The position numbers and the translations under genes are program-made. Shown piece by piece: positions 18,454-28,136 of a stretch of DNA of 48,210 nt (its first letter is position 1; each line of letters begins with the position of its first letter). This DNA comes from Promethearchaeota archaeon. GTDB taxonomy: Archaea; Asgardarchaeota; Lokiarchaeia; Sigyniarchaeales; SOKP01. The stretch is from contig JAGXNQ010000003.1 in NCBI GenBank assembly GCA_019894955.1, positions 1-48,210 of the forward strand. Direction: 5' to 3'. The notes under the pieces are model-generated. The model did not search any database and had not been told where the DNA came from. It was given only the letters and a program-made list of their open reading frames with translations.

Positions 18454-19173
18454 TTGGTTCCTAAAGAACAAAAAAAGGTAGAACGCGTCATCAATTTCAT
18501 GAAAAAGGGATTACAATCATTATCGGATGATCTTGAAGACACTGTAAAGGGGTTAAATGATTTCATTCAATCATTGAATAAAGCTTTAAAAGATTTAAAG
18601 GAAGTTGAAGTTGCACCACAGGCTCACACAGTTAGCACTTCCTCTAAAAAGGTAATTGGAACAGCACCGGTTCAGGCAAAAACCGCAGCTGCAAGCACAC
18701 TATTTAATTTATTAAGCGGTGGTGCATCACCAGTTCCTTCCGCTCCTACTACAGCTCCGAGTTTGCCTGCGGTCCCTACTGTGGCAGCGGCTGGTCCGCC
18801 TAAAGCAGGTGGACCTCCAAAAAGACCACTGGGTGGAAGTGGTCCGCCTAAAGCTCCCGCGGTGTCAGCTGGACCCCCTAAAGCTCCTGTTGCAAAATCT
18901 GGACCTCCAGCACGATCTAATTTACCTCCTGCTCCAAAATTACCTCCAACCCCTGGAAGTGGTCCGCCAGTAGCTCCTGGTGGAACAACAGTTCAAACAC
19001 CTTCATTTGCGAAAAGACCTGGTCCACCCGCCGCTCCTGCAGCTGCACCCTCTGGACCTCCTGGTAGAGCTAATACTCCAGCAGCCCCTCAAGCAGGCGG
19101 CGGATTAAGTTCCCTTCGAGACGAGATGTTGGAAGAGTTAAATAGATTAAAGAAGATCATGCGTGGAGAATAA
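18454..19173 (+). CDS. Proline/alanine/glycine-rich low-complexity protein with helical N- and C-termini
   Basis: The helical N-terminus (LQSLSDDLEDTVKGLNDFIQSLNKALKDLKE) is followed by about 130 aa of GPPKAP-like repeats (8 GPP units). The C-terminus is an amphipathic helix, LSSLRDEMLEELNRLKKIMRGE. TTG start at 18454, preceded by GAGG; alternative ATG at 18499. Confidence 0.7.
   Translation: MVPKEQKKVERVINFMKKGLQSLSDDLEDTVKGLNDFIQSLNKALKDLKEVEVAPQAHTVSTSSKKVIGTAPVQAKTAAASTLFNLLSGGASPVPSAPTTAPSLPAVPTVAAAGPPKAGGPPKRPLGGSGPPKAPAVSAGPPKAPVAKSGPPARSNLPPAPKLPPTPGSGPPVAPGGTTVQTPSFAKRPGPPAAPAAAPSGPPGRANTPAAPQAGGGLSSLRDEMLEELNRLKKIMRGE
18793..19062 (+). repeat. Imperfect in-frame tandem repeats encoding GPP(K/V/A)AP units; local G+C-rich island
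   Basis: The recurring DNA unit ggtccgcctaaagc / ggacc(c/t)cc(t/a)aaagc occurs in frame. The line 18781-18840 counts by hand to 36/60 G+C, against 7/60 for 18361-18420. Confidence 0.7.
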
Positions 19174-19263
19174 ATTCTCAGATTTCTTTTTAAGTTGATT
19201 TTTCTATTTTTATATTTCTGTTAAATATAAATCTTTATTATCTTAGATTAAAATTATTATTTC

Positions 19264-20010
19264 ATGAACGATCATCAACACTTAATTAGTGATATTGATG
19301 TTCCTATTGTGATTCCAAAAAGAATAATGGTTTTCGCTGGGCACCCAGATGACGAAATAATTTCTTGTGGAGGAACACTTCTTAAATATCAAGAATTAGG
19401 ATCAAAAATAATAGTTGTAGTTTCTACTAGTGGTTTAGGAGGGTATGCAAAAGAATCACAGAAAAGTGAGATTATGAAACAGCGACATGAAGAATTAATT
19501 CAAGTAAAGAAAGCATTAAAGTGTGAAATTATAGAACTAAATTTCGAAAATATGGAGATTACACGGCAAAAAATATCCACACTTACAAATTTGATCAGGG
19601 ATCATCAACCTCAAGTTATTTTAATACCCCATTTTTCAGATTTTCATAGAGTTCATAGAAATCTTTCATTAATTACGCGTGAAGCCATATATCATTGCTC
19701 TTCTGGAAAAGCATATGGAGGTCATGAAAAAAAATGGATGCCCTTTGGAGTTTATTACTATGAATCGCCATCATGTAAGTTTCAATATGTTGATGGATCT
19801 GTATTCATAATTGTGAACATAGAAAATTATTGGGATCGTAAAAAAACCATTTTTAATGAAGTTTATGCTTCACAAAAAGAGGTATTAGGACGTATACTTG
19901 ATTGGGCAAAGGATACAGCAATTTTACGTGGAAATGAAATAAATTCCTCGTTTGGTGAGGCCTATATACCTGAAACGACATATACACCTTTAAAATTACT
20001 TTTAGTATAA
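19264..20010 (+). CDS. PIG-L / LmbE family N-acetylglucosaminyl deacetylase
   Basis: VFAGHPDDEIISCGGTLLKY (the AHPDDE signature) plus downstream HxDH-like HFSDFHRVH. Confidence 0.8.
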   Translation: MNDHQHLISDIDVPIVIPKRIMVFAGHPDDEIISCGGTLLKYQELGSKIIVVVSTSGLGGYAKESQKSEIMKQRHEELIQVKKALKCEIIELNFENMEITRQKISTLTNLIRDHQPQVILIPHFSDFHRVHRNLSLITREAIYHCSSGKAYGGHEKKWMPFGVYYYESPSCKFQYVDGSVFIIVNIENYWDRKKTIFNEVYASQKEVLGRILDWAKDTAILRGNEINSSFGEAYIPETTYTPLKLLLV

Positions 20011-20070
20011 AAATAAATATGGGATAAGATTGATTATTATATACAACTTGGCTTATACTACAGAAAAATA

Positions 20071-21183
20071 ATGGGAAATCTAACAGTAGTTTTAGATATT
20101 GGTCAATTTTCATCAAAGGTCGGTTTTGCTGGAGAAGATTTTCCGTCCCAAGTATTTTTTACAATAGTTGGTAAGCCAAAATATCAACAAATTGATTTTG
20201 ATTATGGTAAATCTAAAGATGAGTTTTACGTTGGTGATGAGATCCAATCCTTGGGATTATACAAGATTAAATACCCAATTGAAAAGGGTATAATTCAAGA
20301 TTGGGTTTCTTTTGAAAAAATCATGGACTATATTTTTTATAACCTCCGCGTAGATCCAAGTTTAGTAAACGTTTTATTTGCGGTACATCCCTTGTTTCCC
20401 CGTAAAGATTTAATCAGATTGTTCCAATTATTTTTAGAACAGTATCAGTGTAATGCATTTTATCCCGTTCTTGATTCCATGTTAACACTCTATGCTGGGG
20501 GATTTCAAACTGGTTTAGTTATAGAAATCGGAGATAGCATAACTCGAATTGTACCTATTTATGAAGGATATAAGCTTGATCATGCAATTCGTATTTTGGA
20601 CATTGGAGGTAGGACACTAACGAGATACATGGAAAAAATTCTGGGAGAAATCGGTTTTTCAGCAGATTCCTCAATTAGAAGAGAATTGGTCAGAGCTCTT
20701 AAAGAAAAAGCTTGTTTTGTATCTTTAGATTATAAAGAAGATCTTAAGAGGATTGAACAATATGAAAAGTCTTATTCTTTACCAGATGGTTCAACAATAA
20801 GATTAGATAAAGAAAGATTTCAAGTTCCTGAACTTTTATTTGATCCTTCAATCGAATTAGAAGAAGATCCATTACCTCAAGCAATTTTAGATGTAATTGA
20901 GAATTGCGATTTAGATATCAGACCAGAGTTATTAAATAATATTTTTCTATCAGGAGGATCTTCGATGTTTCCTAACATTAAATCGAGAATTTATCAAGAA
21001 TTAGAACTAGAACTGGCTAGAAGGAAGAAAAAAAATCAATCAATAAAAATAATAGCCCCTAGTGAACGTACATTCTCTGTATGGGTAGGAGGATCAATTC
21101 TAGCACTGATTCCAGAATTTTCGAAAAATTGGATTACTCGAACTCAATATTTTAATGAAGGTATTCCTGACAATCTTTTATGA
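20071..21183 (+). CDS. Actin-family protein (divergent actin / Arp-like)
   Basis: Actin motifs are colinear. Phosphate-1 is VVLDIGQFSSKVGFAGEDFP. Next come YVGDEIQS..IKYPIEKGIIQDW. Phosphate-2 is GLVIEIGDSITRIVPIYEGY and connect-1 is ILDIGGRTLTRYM. SYSLPDGSTI follows. The adenosine motif is IFLSGGSSMFPNIKSRI, then SVWVGGSILA. Confidence 0.9.
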   Translation: MGNLTVVLDIGQFSSKVGFAGEDFPSQVFFTIVGKPKYQQIDFDYGKSKDEFYVGDEIQSLGLYKIKYPIEKGIIQDWVSFEKIMDYIFYNLRVDPSLVNVLFAVHPLFPRKDLIRLFQLFLEQYQCNAFYPVLDSMLTLYAGGFQTGLVIEIGDSITRIVPIYEGYKLDHAIRILDIGGRTLTRYMEKILGEIGFSADSSIRRELVRALKEKACFVSLDYKEDLKRIEQYEKSYSLPDGSTIRLDKERFQVPELLFDPSIELEEDPLPQAILDVIENCDLDIRPELLNNIFLSGGSSMFPNIKSRIYQELELELARRKKKNQSIKIIAPSERTFSVWVGGSILALIPEFSKNWITRTQYFNEGIPDNLL

Positions 21184-21289
21184 AGATATTTTAAAATACT
21201 ATTATATGCATATTACAAGCGTATTACATTTCATTAAAAATATTATTCCGATATTATATCTTAACAATAATTATCTTTAGTCTAAAATC

Positions 21290-21652
21290 ATGGAAAATTT
21301 AAACGAACGTTTTGAACAATCTAAATTATTGAAAAAATACTATAAGCCGGATTTCTCCCAATTATTTAATAAAATTAAAGATATCAAAGCCCCAGTGAAA
21401 AGAGAAATATTAATGGGGCTTCTAGACGGAAATTGGCATTCAGAATTAGATTTGATCAGATTAGCTAAAAAAAAACAGCAGTATATGGGAGCTGTCACCC
21501 TCGGAACGATGGTTATTTCGTTAAATAACTCATTAAAAAATGATTATGTTGACCGAAAAATAATTGATGATAAAATGTATTATAAAATATCTGATAATTA
21601 TGTAGGACTAACGAGAGCAGCATATAACAAGTTTAAATATAATGTGGATTAA
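21290..21652 (+). CDS. Small putative winged-helix protein
   Basis: 120 aa. REILMGLLDGNWHSELDLIRLAKKKQQYMGAVTLGTMVISLNNSLKNDYVDRKIIDDKMYYKISD resembles an ArsR-like wHTH. Weak call. Confidence 0.45.
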   Translation: MENLNERFEQSKLLKKYYKPDFSQLFNKIKDIKAPVKREILMGLLDGNWHSELDLIRLAKKKQQYMGAVTLGTMVISLNNSLKNDYVDRKIIDDKMYYKISDNYVGLTRAAYNKFKYNVD

Positions 21653-21657
21653 ATTAT

Positions 21658-22131
21658 TTATTCTTCTTTTTTTAAGGAACTTTTAGCCATAAAGTTAAGT
21701 ATTAAAATTAAAGCCAAAAGATAATACCCACCACCAATATTGATAAATATTGCCATTAGATTAGTAAGATTAGTTATTATAAGCTGTATGGCATAGATTA
21801 TCATCAGAATAGATATTAGTGAAATATTGATATTATATAATTTCAAAGAATTATTTTTAGTTGATTTTTTTGGTGAAGCAAATATAGAACTTAAACTAAT
21901 AAATACTAAAATTAACCAGAAAGCCAAGGTTATCAAATTTTCTGGAAAAGATAATGAAACTATACTATAACTTTCCCCATTGCCTAAAACGATACCCCAT
22001 AAATAAAATTCTGTTGTATTAAATTTATAAATGTTTAATGAGAATATTAAATTTTGATATATAGGTATTTTTGCGATTAAAGCTAACATAAATCCTAAAA
22101 TACCTCCTATTATTCCAGACTTTCTTGCCAT
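21658..22131 (-). CDS. Integral membrane protein, unknown function
   Basis: 157 aa with about 4 hydrophobic helices. No motif recognised. Confidence 0.5.
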   Translation of the reverse strand: MARKSGIIGGILGFMLALIAKIPIYQNLIFSLNIYKFNTTEFYLWGIVLGNGESYSIVSLSFPENLITLAFWLILVFISLSSIFASPKKSTKNNSLKLYNINISLISILMIIYAIQLIITNLTNLMAIFINIGGGYYLLALILILNFMAKSSLKKEE

Positions 22132-22150
22132 TTTTTATATTTACCTCAAT

Positions 22151-22279
22151 TTATTGGATGTTTAATACGAGAAATAATCCTAGTGAGCCACTAGAGCCAA
22201 AAATAATTCCTAAAGGAATAAATTGAAAAAATAATAAGATTAAAGTAAGTATACCTGATAAAAATGCAAATTTGTTCAT
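22151..22279 (-). CDS. Possible 42-aa hydrophobic peptide
   Basis: My translation is MNKFAFLSGILTLILLFFQFIPLGIIFGSSGSLGLFLVLNIQ. It lies just upstream of, and on the same strand as, the membrane protein at 21658-22131. It is below the ORF-track length cutoff. Confidence 0.25.
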   Translation of the reverse strand: MNKFAFLSGILTLILLFFQFIPLGIIFGSSGSLGLFLVLNIQ

Positions 22280-22336
22280 ATTTCATCAATACTGTATTAT
22301 CTGTTTAGATTAAATATTGGTATAATAATTTTAATG

Positions 22337-24508
22337 TTATCTTTTTAGGCATTTATTATCAGAAATTTTATATAATTCACAACTTGAACAAAATCCTTTT
22401 CCATTTCTTTCTGATAATCCTTCATTCCAACATGCTGGACAGAAATAATAGTTATATGGCTTATTATTTTTCCTTAAATACACTTTAAATATATTAAAAT
22501 TACAAATTGAGCAGGTAGAATTTAATAAAGTTAATCTCCCCTTTTTAGGAAGTGATAAATACTTCTTACAATTATCATCTGAACAAACCAAAAATCTCTT
22601 TTGCTTCAAGTTAATAAACTTCATCGGGACACTGCTGCAAGAAGGACAAAATGATGATGTTTGTTTAATGGTATTTTCTGTAGTAGATTTTAGATTATAG
22701 TTTTTAACTTTATAATTCTCAAGTACTTTAACAATATTTGTTTCATTTTCAACAAATTTATCAAATAGTTCTAAGAATTCCATTTTTACTTCAGAGATGA
22801 TTTCTTCCATACTTCTCACACCATCTTGGATTTCTTCCAATTTAATTTCTACATTTTTTGTAAATTCCGGTTTAAGGAATGGAAGCCAGATTTTAATTAA
22901 AATTTCAATTAGGAATGTTCCTAATTCAGTTATTTCATATTTACCTCTTATTCTGCTTATCAATTTACGAGTATTTAAGATTTTGATGATCTGAGGTCTT
23001 GTTGATTTTGTTCCTAGATGATTCTTTTCCATTAATTTAAGTAATGAAGGATCAGAATAATGGGGAGGAGGTTTAGTTTTTTTTTCATTAAAAGTAATCT
23101 CTTTAATAGAAATTTTGTTACCTGTTATTTTTATCTCATTATCATAATGTGGTTTTAAGAATGGTGCAATTTCAAAAAATCCTTCATTCACTAACGATAC
23201 AATTTTAGAATGAAAAGGTTCATCTTTAATTTCTAATTTTAAATCTTGTCGAGATTCTGTTGCATTTTCTCCAAATAATGCTAGGTAATGTCTTGTTAAT
23301 ATATCGTAGACCTTCCTTTGCAGGTCATTTTCAAACTTTGAAGAGAAAAGTTCTACACTCTCAAGAGGTGTAATCGGAGGATGATCTCCTTCATCTTTCT
23401 TTCCCACCGTTGGTTTAAATCTTTTAGCATTAAACAATTTAGATGTATAATTACCATATTGAGAATGAGGAATAATTTTATTCAAAATTTTTAGATGATC
23501 AAAATTATTCTTATAAGTATCACTATCAGTTCTAGGGTACGATATGAGCTTATTTAAATAAAGTGAACTCATTGTGTTTAAGGCAATATTAGCTGGGATT
23601 TTCAAGTTTTTAGTAAGCAATATTAAAGCTTTTGATGTATTCAGAGGAGATGGAGGTGTTTTTACATCGACTTTCTTCTTTTGATCAATAATAAAGGCAA
23701 TTTTTTCGTTTTTAATTTTTTGATAAATTCCGAGAGCTTTTTTCTCCAATTCTTTAATGAAGGGATTAGATGAATGAAATGCTTTAAATGTTCCATCATC
23801 ATGGTTTAAAACTGATTCAATAGTAAAATATGGTTCAGGGACAAAATTTTTAATTTCTTTCTCACGTAAATATATTAAATATAATGAACTGGTTTGAACA
23901 CGACCAATCGAAGTAAATTTTACTCCGAATTTGGTTAATAATGATTTTAGCGTGATCGATACTTTTCTTGTTGCAGAAAATCCTATAACAGCATCTATTA
24001 TAGCTCGAGCTTCTCCTCTCTCAGCCCAACTATATTTAGGTGGAATAAGATGATTAAATTTGTTAATAATTTCGGTTTCCTGAAGTGAACTCAGCCACAT
24101 TTGAGATACTTTAATGTGGGGTTTAACACGTTTTATAAATGGAAGTCCATCTAATAATCCAATATTACATCCTTCAATATCTGCATCTGTACCAATAATA
24201 CAATGATCAGATATTTTTGCATATTCTTTCAAGGCACTTATGTGAGCACTGGTATATCTTATAGGATATTTTTTAATCGCTTTAGGGTTAGTTATTATAT
24301 CTCTTGGATCTGAACCGGTCCAACTCTTAAATTCTTCGGTATTTTTGTACTCTAATATATGACCTCTTAGGGGTATAACATACAGATTTCTAGAAGGTAC
24401 CTGATAAATTTTTAAATATTTACCTTTGTCAATAATTTTAACAGACCCAAGTGCTTCTGCAATGGCTTGGGCTGCTTTATTTTTTTCAGAGATAATTATT
24501 GTTGACAT
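22337..24508 (-). CDS. topA: Type IA DNA topoisomerase (Toprim + catalytic Tyr domain + C-terminal zinc ribbons)
   Basis: Toprim segments IIISEKNKAAQAIAEALG and GTDADIEG. The active-site region is LISYPRTDSDTY. The C-terminal Cys-rich ribbons are CPSCSS..CSDDNC, CSICNF..CPAC and CSSC. Confidence 0.9.
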   Translation of the reverse strand: MSTIIISEKNKAAQAIAEALGSVKIIDKGKYLKIYQVPSRNLYVIPLRGHILEYKNTEEFKSWTGSDPRDIITNPKAIKKYPIRYTSAHISALKEYAKISDHCIIGTDADIEGCNIGLLDGLPFIKRVKPHIKVSQMWLSSLQETEIINKFNHLIPPKYSWAERGEARAIIDAVIGFSATRKVSITLKSLLTKFGVKFTSIGRVQTSSLYLIYLREKEIKNFVPEPYFTIESVLNHDDGTFKAFHSSNPFIKELEKKALGIYQKIKNEKIAFIIDQKKKVDVKTPPSPLNTSKALILLTKNLKIPANIALNTMSSLYLNKLISYPRTDSDTYKNNFDHLKILNKIIPHSQYGNYTSKLFNAKRFKPTVGKKDEGDHPPITPLESVELFSSKFENDLQRKVYDILTRHYLALFGENATESRQDLKLEIKDEPFHSKIVSLVNEGFFEIAPFLKPHYDNEIKITGNKISIKEITFNEKKTKPPPHYSDPSLLKLMEKNHLGTKSTRPQIIKILNTRKLISRIRGKYEITELGTFLIEILIKIWLPFLKPEFTKNVEIKLEEIQDGVRSMEEIISEVKMEFLELFDKFVENETNIVKVLENYKVKNYNLKSTTENTIKQTSSFCPSCSSVPMKFINLKQKRFLVCSDDNCKKYLSLPKKGRLTLLNSTCSICNFNIFKVYLRKNNKPYNYYFCPACWNEGLSERNGKGFCSSCELYKISDNKCLKR

Positions 24509-24622
24509 TTATTCGGATTTTCTACAATCTAATAAGAATAATTTCTTTTATTTAGAATATAAATAAAAACTCAGCTTAAAATTTCTATTTATTAAGTATT
24601 AATAAAGAAACAAAAAGTTAAT

Positions 24623-27418
24623 TTAGATTGGAATTATGAAAATGAATTCACAACCTTTATCTAATCCTTGAGATATTACCCAAATTTTTCCTCTATGAGC
24701 TTCTATTATCCCTTTTGCAATATATAGCCCTAATCCACTCCCTTTCTCGAATGTTGAAAACGTTTCAGCATCTTGGTCCATTGTAACAAATTTTCCGAAT
24801 AATTTGCTAATTTCAGTTTCTGTCAATCCTTTTCCATAATCCTTGATTTTAAATAGTATTTCAGCATCTTGTTGACTTGCTGAGATTTCAATTTTGTCAT
24901 TTTCCTTCGAAAATTTGATAGCATTTGATAATATGTTTAAAAATACCTGAGATATTCGAAATCGATCAACATTTAATTCGAGGTTTATATCGACTTCATT
25001 AATTAATTCTAAATTTTTAATGACGATCTGAAAATGAAGCTCATTGATGATTTCAGATAAAAGTTGATAGATATTTTGAATTGTTTTATCTAATATCATT
25101 TTCTTAGCATCGATTTTCATTACATCTAAAAGTTTATTTATATAATCCTCTAATCTTCTAACATTGTTTAGTACACGTTCTAAATCATCCTTTATTTCAA
25201 TTTTTAGATTTTCTTCTCGCAATAAAATTAAATCTACATATCCACCAACAGAAATTAATGGAGTTTTAAGTTCATGAGCTGCTATGCTAATGAAATCAGT
25301 TTTTAATTTGTCTAATTCCTTTAGTTCAAGATTTTGTTCTCTTAATTTTCTTTCTGACTCTTTTAATTTTTCTTCAGCGATTTTTTTTTCAGTCACATCT
25401 TGCACTATAATTTGGATTACATTTTCGGGGCCAATTTTTACTCTTGATAATTCAGAATGCACCCAAGCAGGAGTTCCATCTTTTTTATTTATCTCTGTAA
25501 TATTTATTGTTATTGTTGGATCCTTTTTCTTGAATATTAAATCGTTAATGTGTTTTATAGCAGAAATGGTATCTTCGGGATATATATTTAAGAGGTTTAG
25601 ATAATTCTGACCAATTAAATCCTTTTTAGTATAGCCAAACAATATGGATATTGTAGAATTTATATCTAAAATAATCCCATGATTATCAATTACAACAATT
25701 CCATAAGGTGAACTTTCATATAAATGTCGATATTTCTCTTCAGAGTCTCCTAATTCTTTTGTTCGCGATATCACGATTTGTTCTAACTCTCGGTTTAAAT
25801 TTATTAATGCTTCTTCAGATTGTTTGCGTTTACTGATATTTCGACATATGACGATTCCTTTAAGGAAGCCATCAACATCTTTAAATAAATTTCCTTTAGC
25901 TTCAATCCAAATCCATCTTCCTTCCTTATGTTTAATTCTTAATTCCAGTGTTTCTTTGCCTGATGTAAAACCGGCAATTAAAGAATTATTAGACGATTCA
26001 TAATCATCAGGATGAACTAAATCTAAGACTGATCTATTAATTAATTCTGTGCTGGTGTATCCTAATGTTTCGAAACAAGGTTGATCATTAATATATTCAA
26101 TTTGAGCTTTTTTATTCACAATAACAATGAGATCATAGGCATTCTCTGATATGAGTCTGTATTTTTCTTCAGACTGCTTGAGATCTTGTTCCAACTTATA
26201 TTTTTCAGTTACATCTTGACAAATACCAAAAAATCCAATAATATCATCTGACGAATCAGATAGTAAATTAACAGAAAATTCATTAATAAAATCTTGACCA
26301 TTCTTCTTAATTGACCTATATATTAGATGCCGTTTGCCTTTTTTAGTTTTATACACGTCATTGAAATCAGAAAATAACTTTAATTTATCATTCGGATGAC
26401 TGATTCTATTATAATTTTGTCCAATAATCTCTTCTTTAGAATATCCCAGTATTTTACAAAGAGCAGAATTCCAGAAGGTAAAATTCCCCTTTAAGTCCAT
26501 CTCAAAATAGCCTTCAGAGATGTTTTCTAAAATACTACGATATCGTTTTTCAGATTCTTTAATTCGTTTCTCTGCTTCAAATCTTATACTAATATTATTA
26601 TATGTCGAGAGAATCCCGATTACATTATTTTCTAGATCGTGTAAAGGAATTCGATTTACTTCATACCAAACTTTCTCTCCTTCATCAAATGACCAAAATT
26701 CAATGGATCTTTCACTTTGATTATATTTAATGACTCTTTCTTCACTTTCTTTAATATGTGTAAAATTACTTCTTGGCCATATCAGATCTAGATCTTCTTT
26801 ACCAATAAGAGTATTATGATCTTCTAGTTTATTGATAATTGCATAATTGGTATTACAACCTAAATATTTTAAATTCATATCTTTCCAATATATAAGTTGA
26901 GGAATGTTATCAATTACGAGATCTAACATTTCTCTTGTCTTTTGAAAATCACTTTTGATATTTTTTGATTGTAATAGATTCCAATATCTAATTTCAGGTA
27001 AATTCTGTGTTACATCTTTAAGTCGATCATGACGATTAATCCATTTTTCTTCAGCTTCTTTAAATTTACTAATATCTCTACATGTTAACAAAATCATTTC
27101 TTCATTAGAGTTATTTAAGAATTTTTTACCCTTCAATTCATAATATTTGTAATCAGATTTGCATAGAATTCTTACCTGCTCAATTATAATATCCCCAAAA
27201 AACGCTTTTTTAAGAAATTTGGATGCTTTTTTTAAATCTTGATAATAAATAAAGTCAGTAAATTTTTTTGAGAGAGCCGAATATCCTAAATTCTTTGAAT
27301 GATAATTTTCATTGATATATTCACATATATATTCTCTATTTAAGATGTATAACAATTCATCAATGTTTTCTGATAAAATACGGTCAATATTATAATTATT
27401 ATTTGATTTAATTGCCAA
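24623..27418 (-). CDS. Multi-PAS sensor histidine kinase
   Basis: Four or more PAS/PAC-like repeats (e.g. SEEKYR..ENA.D.I, GIV.....I..RK..E). H-box SIAAHELKTPL, N-box LNILSNAIKFS, G-boxes KDYGKGL and GSGLGLYIAKGI. TTG start; no in-frame ATG near the N-terminus. Confidence 0.85.
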   Translation of the reverse strand: MAIKSNNNYNIDRILSENIDELLYILNREYICEYINENYHSKNLGYSALSKKFTDFIYYQDLKKASKFLKKAFFGDIIIEQVRILCKSDYKYYELKGKKFLNNSNEEMILLTCRDISKFKEAEEKWINRHDRLKDVTQNLPEIRYWNLLQSKNIKSDFQKTREMLDLVIDNIPQLIYWKDMNLKYLGCNTNYAIINKLEDHNTLIGKEDLDLIWPRSNFTHIKESEERVIKYNQSERSIEFWSFDEGEKVWYEVNRIPLHDLENNVIGILSTYNNISIRFEAEKRIKESEKRYRSILENISEGYFEMDLKGNFTFWNSALCKILGYSKEEIIGQNYNRISHPNDKLKLFSDFNDVYKTKKGKRHLIYRSIKKNGQDFINEFSVNLLSDSSDDIIGFFGICQDVTEKYKLEQDLKQSEEKYRLISENAYDLIVIVNKKAQIEYINDQPCFETLGYTSTELINRSVLDLVHPDDYESSNNSLIAGFTSGKETLELRIKHKEGRWIWIEAKGNLFKDVDGFLKGIVICRNISKRKQSEEALINLNRELEQIVISRTKELGDSEEKYRHLYESSPYGIVVIDNHGIILDINSTISILFGYTKKDLIGQNYLNLLNIYPEDTISAIKHINDLIFKKKDPTITINITEINKKDGTPAWVHSELSRVKIGPENVIQIIVQDVTEKKIAEEKLKESERKLREQNLELKELDKLKTDFISIAAHELKTPLISVGGYVDLILLREENLKIEIKDDLERVLNNVRRLEDYINKLLDVMKIDAKKMILDKTIQNIYQLLSEIINELHFQIVIKNLELINEVDINLELNVDRFRISQVFLNILSNAIKFSKENDKIEISASQQDAEILFKIKDYGKGLTETEISKLFGKFVTMDQDAETFSTFEKGSGLGLYIAKGIIEAHRGKIWVISQGLDKGCEFIFIIPI

Positions 27419-27505
27419 TTAATTTCACCTTACTTAATTTCTATTACAATTAAATAATTATTCTAAAACAATTTATAATTTCTTTAGGATTATTGAGAAA
27501 TAGAA

Positions 27506-28114
27506 ATGTCGATTATAAATCCAACTTTTGAAATTGATAAGAAAGGACGCGTTATTTGCCAGAGACATACAAATTATCCATTTTTTGTAATGCCTGGTAA
27601 AGTTAATCAACAAGAAATTCAAATGGAAAAGGAATTGACATGTATTACATGTAATCACTATAAAAATGATGATTGTTTTTTTCCTAAAACTGAAATTGAT
27701 AAAATAGAAATTGATCGAATAGGATTGACAGCTTTTAATTGTAAATTATGTGGAAGTCAGATTGATAGAATGCTAACAATTATCCAAAAATTATATTTAA
27801 AAGAAAAATTTAGCATTGAAATACCTTTAGTTTGTTGTATATGCTATGAATCACTTAAAAACAAGAATTTTATAGAATATCACGAGAAAAGATTGTACCT
27901 TGCTTATTTCTTGAACGTATCCATAATAATTGGATTTATATTATCTTTGGTGATGATGAGATCTCCAACCAGTATTATAAGTGGAATAATTTATGCAACA
28001 TCAATAATATCTCTCAAAGGAATACTAAAAAAAGCATTTAGGATAAATTTATCAGTGAGGGATATACGCAGTGGGAAGAAATATTTTGATGAATTTTACA
28101 AAGATTCAATTTAA
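27506..28114 (+). CDS. Cys-rich N-terminal domain + membrane anchor protein, unknown function
   Basis: CxxC pairs (CITCNH, CKLCGS, CCICYE) are followed by two hydrophobic helices (YLAYFLNVSIIIGFILSLVMM; IISGIIYATSIISL). Confidence 0.5.
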   Translation: MSIINPTFEIDKKGRVICQRHTNYPFFVMPGKVNQQEIQMEKELTCITCNHYKNDDCFFPKTEIDKIEIDRIGLTAFNCKLCGSQIDRMLTIIQKLYLKEKFSIEIPLVCCICYESLKNKNFIEYHEKRLYLAYFLNVSIIIGFILSLVMMRSPTSIISGIIYATSIISLKGILKKAFRINLSVRDIRSGKKYFDEFYKDSI

Positions 28115-28136
28115 TTTATCCGGTTATTTTAAAAAA

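Noticed and set aside
18719-18973. 84-aa alternative-frame ORF inside the Pro-rich gene
   Set aside because: The open frame is a by-product of the G+C-rich repeat DNA. Its translation (LLLQLRVCLRSLLWQRL..) has no features, and the GPP frame is longer with a coherent architecture.
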